In this document: piece by piece, positions 55,090 through 61,892 of the stretch | Layout: each line of letters starts with the position of its first letter | Numbering within the stretch: the stretch's first letter is position 1 | DNA from: a virus | Lineage: Duplodnaviria; Caudoviricetes | Reading direction: 5' to 3' (one strand) | Virus record (IMG/VR): IMGVR_UViG_3300037961_003161 | Location: 1-61,892 of that record | DNA length: 61,892 nt | Program-made: the position numbers and the translations under genes | The notes under the pieces: model-generated | The model's database searches: none | What the model was told of the DNA's origin: nothing | Seen by the model: the letters and a program-made list of their open reading frames with translations, nothing else

Positions 55090-56456
55090 TGGCAATAAAA
55101 ACACCCAAAGGATATAGAGTATTAGGTAGAATACCAACCGAAAGCTTAGATTTATATATTAAATCTTTTACTGCAGGTAGTGGTGAAACTATATTAGTTG
55201 GTAAGTCAGACACTCTTGACTTAACAATAACAAGAGGTACAAGAACATCTGACGGCGCTGGTAACGCTTTACAAATACAAGGTGGGCAAGCTACAGGAAC
55301 TAATCAAGTCGGCGGTCATGTTAATATATACACTGGTTATCCTACTGGTAATGCCGCTGCTGGAGACTTTAGAGTTTTTGGCGCTTTAGTAAACGGATCT
55401 AGCGGCACATCTGTTAATCCTTCAAACTCAACAATGTTTTCTGTTTCTGGTGATACTGGAGATGCTACTTTTGCTAATGATATAACAATAGGTGGAGATA
55501 GAATTTCTAACCAAGGGTCTGACAACGACTTATCTATAGTAAGCGAGGGAAATATATACTTTCAAATAGATTATGACGCAGACGAAGCTAGTAAGTTTTC
55601 TTTTGCCAAACATGGCTCAAGCCCAGGATATGCTGAGGTCGCTAGTATAGACGAAAGTGGTAACCTACAAATAGACGGTAGCTTAACTATTGGATCAACA
55701 GAAGTTATAAATAGCTCTGCTCAAGTTTCAGCGTCATCTATACCTACATTAAATCAAAACACAACAGGATCAGCGGCAACACTAACAAATTCTAGAGATT
55801 TAAAAGTAGATTTAACTTCTACTAGCGCTCAAGGGTTTAATGGTGGATCTAATGCTACAAGCATTGGAGTTGATGGAACTTTGCCGGTAGCTAATGGAGG
55901 AACAGGAGTTACTAGTCTAGGCAGTTTATATGCTTATCAATATTTAAATTGGGAAGTTAATACTAATAGTTTTACTGGCACAAACTATGAACTACCTGCA
56001 GCTAATGGAGGTTTTGGTTCTGATAGCTTTACTATAAATAGTGGTTTAGCTAGAGACACAGCTATTGACGGTAGTGTTACTATGTCATTAGCTAGCAACT
56101 CGCAGCAACAAGGTTGGTTTGTGCCACATGCCTGTAAATTAGTTGCTGTTAGTGGATCATTTAGAAATAATGGCGGTGAATCAAACCCAAGAGATGTGGC
56201 TATATTTGTAGGTACGCCTGATATAGGAACAAGTAATTCTTCAACATACACTCAAAGACTTTTTGCTGCTGGTGATGATAACGGAGGTTCTTCTAATAGT
56301 AAAATATATAAAGTTAATACTGTTCTTGGAACTCCTTTTAGTTTATCTGCAGGAGATATTATTATGCCAGCTGTGTGTAATAGTACAGGTAGCTCAACTG
56401 TTTCTATGCAAGGAAACTTTAATATAATAATTGCAACACCAATATTTACTATTTAA
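55089..56456 (+). CDS. Tail fibre / receptor-binding protein
   Basis: G/S/T-rich; IPTLNQNTTGSAATL, GTLPVANGGTG fibre motifs. Confidence 0.75.
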   Translation: MAIKTPKGYRVLGRIPTESLDLYIKSFTAGSGETILVGKSDTLDLTITRGTRTSDGAGNALQIQGGQATGTNQVGGHVNIYTGYPTGNAAAGDFRVFGALVNGSSGTSVNPSNSTMFSVSGDTGDATFANDITIGGDRISNQGSDNDLSIVSEGNIYFQIDYDADEASKFSFAKHGSSPGYAEVASIDESGNLQIDGSLTIGSTEVINSSAQVSASSIPTLNQNTTGSAATLTNSRDLKVDLTSTSAQGFNGGSNATSIGVDGTLPVANGGTGVTSLGSLYAYQYLNWEVNTNSFTGTNYELPAANGGFGSDSFTINSGLARDTAIDGSVTMSLASNSQQQGWFVPHACKLVAVSGSFRNNGGESNPRDVAIFVGTPDIGTSNSSTYTQRLFAAGDDNGGSSNSKIYKVNTVLGTPFSLSAGDIIMPAVCNSTGSSTVSMQGNFNIIIATPIFTI

Positions 56457-56458
56457 TT

Positions 56459-56839
56459 ATGGCAAGAGTAGACACAATACAATTATCAGGTACAAATTAT
56501 CAAAAAGTTGGTAGATTAAATATATTAAACGTAATAGTTGCTAATACTTTTACAGCAGATATTACTTTTGATTTAATTATTGGTGATAAAACATTAAGTG
56601 AAACTAGCTCGTCAACTAATGCAGTTTTTGTTTTAAAAGATGTTCCTATACCAACGGGAGGAAGTTTAGTGTGGGACGACGATGGACTGTTGACCGATGT
56701 TTTCTCTTCTGGTTCTAAAATAAATGAATTTAATGAAAGCACAAAAACTTTTACTGAGCTAAAAGATAAAGTGTTTTTAATTAGAATAAACACAAGCGCT
56801 GGAACACCTACCGCTAGCGTTCTTATGAAAAGAAAATAA
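56459..56839 (+). CDS. Putative structural protein
   Basis: Last ORF of plus arm; beta-rich. Confidence 0.6.
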   Translation: MARVDTIQLSGTNYQKVGRLNILNVIVANTFTADITFDLIIGDKTLSETSSSTNAVFVLKDVPIPTGGSLVWDDDGLLTDVFSSGSKINEFNESTKTFTELKDKVFLIRINTSAGTPTASVLMKRK

Positions 56840-56863
56840 AAAAAGGAGAGCCGAAGCTCTCCT
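56838..56863 (-). terminator. Rho-independent terminator at convergence point
   Basis: Minus strand AGGAGAGC-TTCG-GCTCTCC followed by T-run. Confidence 0.85.
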
Positions 56864-56867
56864 GTAG

Positions 56868-57059
56868 TTACGCTGCAACAGCATTTTTTTGTTCTTGAAC
56901 AGTGACTCTAACTTTTTGAGCCAGATCTTTTATGATCTGCATGTTCTTACGAACTCTTGTTCCAGCTGACATATTGCCAGCTTCAAACTTCTCTAAGTCA
57001 GTCATACCTTGTTCTAAAGTATCAGCCATATTCTGATACAACTTTTCTAATTCAGTCAT
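56868..57059 (-). CDS. Hc1 / histone H1-like small protein
   Basis: D.EKF..GN.SAGTR.RK.MQ.IK.LAQ..R..VQ..KN. Confidence 0.8.
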   Translation of the reverse strand: MTELEKLYQNMADTLEQGMTDLEKFEAGNMSAGTRVRKNMQIIKDLAQKVRVTVQEQKNAVAA

Positions 57060-57075
57060 AGTAAATAAAATTTAA

Positions 57076-58929
57076 TTAAACAACTTCACAGCTACCACCA
57101 GCGCAAGCAAGCTCGCCTGATAGATCTGTGTTATCATCAGTTTCAATAACTTTAGTTAGATCAACTTCAGATAATACTTTGGACATTTTATTAAACTCAG
57201 CTTCGCTAATGTCCTCAAACGGAGCTTGAGTATATGTACCGCCATTATAAGGTAGTACAGACAAGCCATTATAATGATCTCTGTTTTGCCACATCCACTC
57301 ACCAGCAGCTTCCCACTCGTTATCTTTCAACGATATTGTTGCAGACACATTATGTGTATTACTACCAACTCTGTGACCTGGTTTAACCCACTCAGTAGCC
57401 ACGCGCTTAACACGTTCAAGCGTATCAAACGGTGATTCAGTTCTAAGTATGGAGTTATCAGGTGCTTTTTGTGGTACAGATATAACAGCTGTATCATGAG
57501 GCCTGAAATACTCATCTTCAATTAACTCAGGGTGATTAATATTAAGATATGTATATATAGCCTCGTTTTTTCCTACGCGCATCCTACGGACATAATAATC
57601 ATTATGCCATGCATGAATACCAGATGATGTTCCTAGCACCAGAGAAGTCGTCCCTGCAGGCTTTACGGTTGTACATCTAGCGCTTTTGTTTATGCCTAAC
57701 AGCTTTGCTACTCTCGTGTTCTCTCTTTTTACGATACTTGCAGCTGCCTTCATATCCAGCTGGAGCACAGCGGCACTCCCTATTCCTGTCATTGACACAC
57801 CGATAAGCGCGTCTTTTTCTGTTGTTTCTTTCCATATTTCTCTTAAATAATGAAAGTCAGTATAACTAGCTTGCAGTGTACCTATAAATGCTGCGGCTTT
57901 AACTCTAGCATTTAAATCATCTTGATCTTCAAGATCAGATACGTTTACCTCACACAAATTACAAAACTGAAAAGGACGCAGTGCTATTTCACAGCATGGG
58001 TTTGTGCCCCAGTCTTTATCATTATTTAGATATATACCAGGTTCGCCTGCACCAGAAAGCTCAACACGTTTCCACAGATCCATAAAAAAGTCTTTAGTTA
58101 TTTTATGTCTCATGAGTACAGCAGAGTTGTTAGCACGGCCACGCTGTGGATCTGTTTCCCACCAATTACCTGATTTACAACTTATCATTTCATCGTCCGA
58201 AGCACTAAACAAAGCTATAAGCGCAGCACGTCTTATACCGCCAGCAAGTACAGCGTCAGCAATATGGCAGATAATGTCATGAGTCTCGAGACTACTGAGA
58301 GTCGATCCGTCTTCTTTCGCATTTAGTATACCTTCAATTTTAATTAAACACTCTTTTAATGGTTGTGGGCCAGGTGCTTTACCGCCAGATGTTACAAGTC
58401 TCGCACCTTTAGGTCTTATATCTGTATAATCAAAGTTTATCTTTGACGTACGCTTATCACCTAAATAAGACTTCATTAATACTTTAACAGCGTCAGACCA
58501 ACCTTCAATACTGTCACCAATAACAAAACGTCTACTACGTTTGTCAAACGGTTTGATTATAGCTGGTAACTTTTTAATATGATGTTTTTGTACTGAGTAG
58601 CCTACGCCACAACCAGATAAAAGCAAGAACATTACTTCGTTAAAAGCATCAACACTATCAGCAGGCAAATAGCTACAGTTATATAAGCGATTAGGTGATA
58701 TTTCAATGGGCTTGCCTGCGAACTGTAATGATCGCATGCTTGGCAAAACTTTTTTATTATATACAAACTTATATGCTTCATCTATTTGGTCTATTAGGTT
58801 AGGGTATTTCTTTTTATGCATTGCTACATTACGATCTACAAGCTCTTCCCAAGTTTCACGGCGATTAAGCTCTGGAATATACTTGGCGTACTTCATGTGG
58901 ACCGTAATGTCTGATAGTATGTTATTCAT
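57076..58929 (-). CDS. nrdJ: Class II (B12-dependent) ribonucleotide reductase
   Basis: RETWEE, YNC, TNPCCEI, CNL, TTVKPAGT, C-terminal CAGGSCE; no beta subunit in window. Confidence 0.92.
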   Translation of the reverse strand: MNNILSDITVHMKYAKYIPELNRRETWEELVDRNVAMHKKKYPNLIDQIDEAYKFVYNKKVLPSMRSLQFAGKPIEISPNRLYNCSYLPADSVDAFNEVMFLLLSGCGVGYSVQKHHIKKLPAIIKPFDKRSRRFVIGDSIEGWSDAVKVLMKSYLGDKRTSKINFDYTDIRPKGARLVTSGGKAPGPQPLKECLIKIEGILNAKEDGSTLSSLETHDIICHIADAVLAGGIRRAALIALFSASDDEMISCKSGNWWETDPQRGRANNSAVLMRHKITKDFFMDLWKRVELSGAGEPGIYLNNDKDWGTNPCCEIALRPFQFCNLCEVNVSDLEDQDDLNARVKAAAFIGTLQASYTDFHYLREIWKETTEKDALIGVSMTGIGSAAVLQLDMKAAASIVKRENTRVAKLLGINKSARCTTVKPAGTTSLVLGTSSGIHAWHNDYYVRRMRVGKNEAIYTYLNINHPELIEDEYFRPHDTAVISVPQKAPDNSILRTESPFDTLERVKRVATEWVKPGHRVGSNTHNVSATISLKDNEWEAAGEWMWQNRDHYNGLSVLPYNGGTYTQAPFEDISEAEFNKMSKVLSEVDLTKVIETDDNTDLSGELACAGGSCEVV

Positions 58930-58935
58930 TAGTTA

Positions 58936-59073
58936 TTATTTATATATTGTTAAACAAATGTCTAAGAAACCTAGGTATAATACGTGATTGTCTCTTAGCT
59001 CTTCTCTATATGTTCTCACGCCAAACAATATGCCCGGAAAAGTTCCGAAGCTCAACTCCCAATCATTGTTCAT
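58936..59073 (-). CDS. Hypothetical 45-aa protein
   Basis: MNNDWELSFGTFPGILFGVRTY...LTIYK fills the gap. Confidence 0.6.
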   Translation of the reverse strand: MNNDWELSFGTFPGILFGVRTYREELRDNHVLYLGFLDICLTIYK

Positions 59074-59503
59074 TTTGAATAAGTTTAATTGTTTCGTCGC
59101 AGTCTTTTTGATTTTGAGGTTTATATAAAGTTACATGCGGTAAATTTTCTTTTACGTACTTTTTAAACATTTTCCATCGCATTGGAAAACTTTCGTTTGC
59201 TCGGCCTTTACATTCAATAATAAAGTTTTTGCCAACAAAGTCAGGTGTATATTTAACTGGTAGTATTTTTTTATTACCTCTGTTTTTATATTCGCCTTTA
59301 CCATTGCTTTGTTTTTCGTAAGCAGCTTGAGTAAATTCAAAGCCTTCTTGTACTACATAAGTTTCACCTTCGTAAACAGCTTTGATCTTTGCTTTTTTCA
59401 GAGCCAGATACATATATCGTTCTAGCCCTGAAGCAAAGTTAATACCGTCTTGTCTTACGCGCTTAGCTCTGACTGGACCTCTTTTTTTAGATCTTTTTCT
59501 CAT
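59063..59503 (-). CDS. T7 endonuclease I/DUF1064-like PD-(D/E)xK endonuclease
   Basis: FASGLE...YE...YTPDF...IIECKG. Confidence 0.82.
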   Translation of the reverse strand: MRKRSKKRGPVRAKRVRQDGINFASGLERYMYLALKKAKIKAVYEGETYVVQEGFEFTQAAYEKQSNGKGEYKNRGNKKILPVKYTPDFVGKNFIIECKGRANESFPMRWKMFKKYVKENLPHVTLYKPQNQKDCDETIKLIQNEQ

Positions 59504-59759
59504 CAGCAAGTTCTTCGCGTGCAGTCTGTATGTACAGGATAGCATCCATTAATTCCTCTTGTATATCGTTTAGATATGCAGCTAAATCTTTTACGCCAGA
59601 AGTTCTTTCACTGTGTAATGTTTGGCCATACTTTTGATAGCCAATATTAGATCTTTCAACAAACTTATCAACTACATTTTTAACAACTTCATCACGGAAG
59701 CCATAAGACTTTCTTACAGCAATACCATTTTTTCCGTCCATAATCTCTCTATCGCTCAT
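59487..59759 (-). CDS. Small all-alpha NTP pyrophosphatase-like protein
   Basis: R...G..KYG.TL...EELMDAILY. Confidence 0.55.
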   Translation of the reverse strand: MSDREIMDGKNGIAVRKSYGFRDEVVKNVVDKFVERSNIGYQKYGQTLHSERTSGVKDLAAYLNDIQEELMDAILYIQTAREELADEKKI

Positions 59760-60670
59760 TATAATGTTTTTCTTGATTTCATTCTACCCCAGCTTGTCAT
59801 TGGCTCTTCTTTAACAAATGTACCGTTAATCATTTTACCTTTACGCTTTGCAATAACATTATAAGCTGATTGTATACACTCTTCGATAGGCACGCCAATA
59901 AGTTCAGCTAGATTAGTTAATACAACTACAGCATCGCCTATACCATCAACTATTTCATCGTGATCTTCTTTTAGTATAGCTCTACCGATCTCGCCAGTCT
60001 CTTCCATTAACTTAATGTATTGAGTTTTAGGATCGCCTTTATCGTACAAGCCACGCTCATCAGCCCACATTCTAATACACTCAAATATTTCTTCACCACA
60101 ATCATCACAAGCTGTAGTACAGTCTTTTGACTTAGGAAACAGCTTAGCATTTATTTTATCTAGCTCATCTGCACCAGCTAACTTTATTGTTTGTTTATGT
60201 GGATCATTATTATCAAACCATCTAGCAAAAGCTTTATTGTATACATAGCATCTGCCAGCTGTATATTGTGATGGTTTAACATTATTTAAAATCCATTTTA
60301 TTGATGACTCTGTTATCATAACATCACCATAGTTTGTTTTCCAAGACTTACCTATGTTATCCATAAGCTGTCCTTTTAGTTTATTGACTGGACATGGGAA
60401 CGTCGAAGTCATATCGGTTACGTTTACATTCATATTGTTTAATTCTATAAAATTGTTATTAAATATTTCTTTATAAAGTTGTTCGTCAACTTTATAGCCA
60501 TAGCGCTCTTGCAAATACAGCTCACGCTTAGAGATATAATCTATATCGTCAGACATTTCAAGTATCTCGTATTCATCAGGTTCGTAGCCCTGTTGCTCTT
60601 CAACTCTGTTTTTAACATTGTTAGTTACACCGATTTTAACACCGGGTATATGGTATATACAATACGTCAT
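59759..60670 (-). CDS. Fusion: GIY-YIG-like N-terminus + MazG-family NTP pyrophosphohydrolase
   Basis: YCIYH...KIG.T..R...E; C-terminal Q..KL.EE.GE...DGIGD..VVL. Confidence 0.78.
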   Translation of the reverse strand: MTYCIYHIPGVKIGVTNNVKNRVEEQQGYEPDEYEILEMSDDIDYISKRELYLQERYGYKVDEQLYKEIFNNNFIELNNMNVNVTDMTSTFPCPVNKLKGQLMDNIGKSWKTNYGDVMITESSIKWILNNVKPSQYTAGRCYVYNKAFARWFDNNDPHKQTIKLAGADELDKINAKLFPKSKDCTTACDDCGEEIFECIRMWADERGLYDKGDPKTQYIKLMEETGEIGRAILKEDHDEIVDGIGDAVVVLTNLAELIGVPIEECIQSAYNVIAKRKGKMINGTFVKEEPMTSWGRMKSRKTL

Positions 60671-61341
60671 AAGTGGTAGTTTCTAGTTGTGTCTTCTGGT
60701 AATTTATCATTATACAAATGCAAGTTATGCGCAAAATGATAATACGTACCAACTGGCAAATTAAGCTGATAGGCAACATACATTTGTAAGCTTGAAAACT
60801 GATACTGATCGTTACAGAAACCATACCAGAGATCATTAGAACGCATTACAACAGACATATTAAGCTTATTGTTTAACACTGTAAACTGTACAGCATAAGT
60901 GCAAGGAGTGTCGTAGGTATAATCGCTTATCTCTTTACCATCGTAAATAGATATTGCTGCTTGTCTAGTTTCAGGATTATCCTTTAACATTTGTATAACA
61001 ATATCTAGTTGACTTGTTCTTTCCCACTGCCAACCATAGTTAGAGTTAACGTTACCATCATCATCAGCCATACGTTTCCATATAGCTGGAACTTTACCGT
61101 ACAACTCACCAAGCTTAGCTATGTTACGATCACCAGATAAATACCATTGCCATTCAGCTTCAGCATACTCTTGTGACCAGTTACGCTTGATGCGGCTGTT
61201 ATGTATAGCGTTGTGAGCAGGAAACTGCAGTTCAAAGCCTACGTTAAACAAAGCTTTAGTGCCTGCAAAGTCTACGCCATCACGAACTATACGCCAGTAC
61301 AACGTATGAAAAGCATTTGATGCCGTGTCAAAACTATGCAT
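60667..61341 (-). CDS. Thymidylate synthase superfamily, dCMP hydroxymethylase/methylase-like
   Basis: NSNYGW, PCT, MRSNDLWYGFCND, HNLHLY; Asp at the ThyA N177 position. Confidence 0.82.
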   Translation of the reverse strand: MHSFDTASNAFHTLYWRIVRDGVDFAGTKALFNVGFELQFPAHNAIHNSRIKRNWSQEYAEAEWQWYLSGDRNIAKLGELYGKVPAIWKRMADDDGNVNSNYGWQWERTSQLDIVIQMLKDNPETRQAAISIYDGKEISDYTYDTPCTYAVQFTVLNNKLNMSVVMRSNDLWYGFCNDQYQFSSLQMYVAYQLNLPVGTYYHFAHNLHLYNDKLPEDTTRNYHL

Positions 61342-61429
61342 ATATATCTCCTTTAATGTTATACCAAGATGATAAACCAAGAGTACTAGATCGTTTAGTT
61401 AGTATTTTAACTGAACCATTACGATTCAT
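61334..61429 (-). CDS. Possible 31-aa protein
   Basis: MNRNGSVKILTKRSSTLGLSSWYNIKGDIYA; overlaps next start. Confidence 0.35.
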   Translation of the reverse strand: MNRNGSVKILTKRSSTLGLSSWYNIKGDIYA

Positions 61430-61445
61430 TGCTATTGTTTTATAA

Positions 61446-61709
61446 TCAAGGTGTTTTATTGTATTTGTCATAATAGTATTTATAATATTCGTACTTTTTA
61501 TCGTGAACATTTGCTACTGTATAAACAGCAGGATCAACGTGTACATTGTTATTAATTTTAATTTCTATCTTCCAGTACTCATAAGATTTACTCCAATCAG
61601 GCACAACACAGACAGCAATGCTATTATCTAAACACCATTGTATCATTTTACTATAACCTTCTGGAATATTACTAGGGCCTGGGCTACGGCTAACTTTTTT
61701 CTTAGCCAT
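61446..61709 (-). CDS. Hypothetical protein
   Basis: TAATG-coupled to helicase end. Confidence 0.7.
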   Translation of the reverse strand: MAKKKVSRSPGPSNIPEGYSKMIQWCLDNSIAVCVVPDWSKSYEYWKIEIKINNNVHVDPAVYTVANVHDKKYEYYKYYYDKYNKTP

Positions 61710-61891
61710 TATTCCCAAGGCATTGGCTCAGCTTCAGCGTCGACAACGTCATGAGGTACAAAGCAGCCAGAGCGTGGCTCCCACGTAAAGAAAGACTCGG
61801 CGCCGTTTTCACCAAGGTTTTGAAACTTAACTTTAAGTACTTTAACTTTAGTTGTTTTAGCTTCATAATCTCTGTGAACTAATAAGCCGTG
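61709..61891 (-). CDS. SF4 primase-helicase, C-terminal fragment (starts outside window)
   Basis: HGLLVHRD...KVKVLKVKFQNLGENG...W...SG.F...PWE. Confidence 0.75.
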   Translation of the reverse strand, partial: HGLLVHRDYEAKTTKVKVLKVKFQNLGENGAESFFTWEPRSGCFVPHDVVDAEAEPMPWE

Positions 61892-61892
61892 A

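Larger units (their letters stand above)
1..61892. mobile_element. Tailed dsDNA bacteriophage genome (most of it), podovirus-like, probable Bacteroidota host
   Basis: Terminase-portal-scaffold-capsid-tail module, replication and nucleotide metabolism genes, no ordinary cellular operons, no integrase seen. Confidence 0.95.

Noticed and set aside
11256-58987. Many short antisense or out-of-frame ORFs in the track (e.g. 14037-14309, 24281-24478, 45094-45422, 53066-53464, 58004-58282)
   Set aside because: Shadows of long genes with biased codon usage; no independent signals
60667-61380. Plain thyA annotation
   Set aside because: Specificity residue is Asp rather than Asn, so the symbol was withheld
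1-61892. Stop-codon reassignment as in some crAss-like phages
   Set aside because: All long genes are intact under code 11 and tile the window densely
1-61892. Prophage or integration module
   Set aside because: No integrase, repressor-like switch, att repeats or flanking host genes recognised

Overview
This AT-rich window is most of the genome of a lytic, podovirus-type tailed phage. The host is probably a Bacteroidota (Flavobacteriales-like) bacterium: there is a T9SS C-terminal sorting domain, an Hc1-like protein, BACON-like repeats and AT-rich leaders without Shine-Dalgarno motifs. The minus-strand arm at 1-10.4 kb holds early and middle genes (many small ORFs, sigma factor, ERF, exonuclease, DenV-like, GP88 radical SAM). 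The plus-strand arm at 10.6-56.8 kb holds basic proteins, GroEL/GroES, terminase, portal, capsid, tail and ejection proteins, a T9SS cassette and lysis genes. The minus-strand arm at 56.9-61.9 kb holds NrdJ, an endonuclease, MazG-like enzymes, a dCMP-modifying thymidylate synthase homologue and the end of a primase-helicase. Main signals: (1) seven early promoters CAC(A/G)AA-N18-AGATAWTA with invariant spacing, paired with a sigma region-2-like segment inside the 2468-aa putative ejected protein, suggesting a virion-delivered sigma factor; (2) a second single-box GTAATWATATA class that fits the free-standing phage sigma; (3) a 159-nt tRNA-like RNA with a large insertion, next to a ~120-nt rod-shaped RNA; (4) three GTGACA-N33/34-TGTCAC dyad sites; (5) basic proteins sharing MAFK/SP(M/N/F)K motifs; (6) a phage-encoded outer-membrane barrel, thioredoxin-like and T9SS cargo cassette; (7) probable cytosine modification. 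All protein calls come from motif recognition by eye, with no database search.
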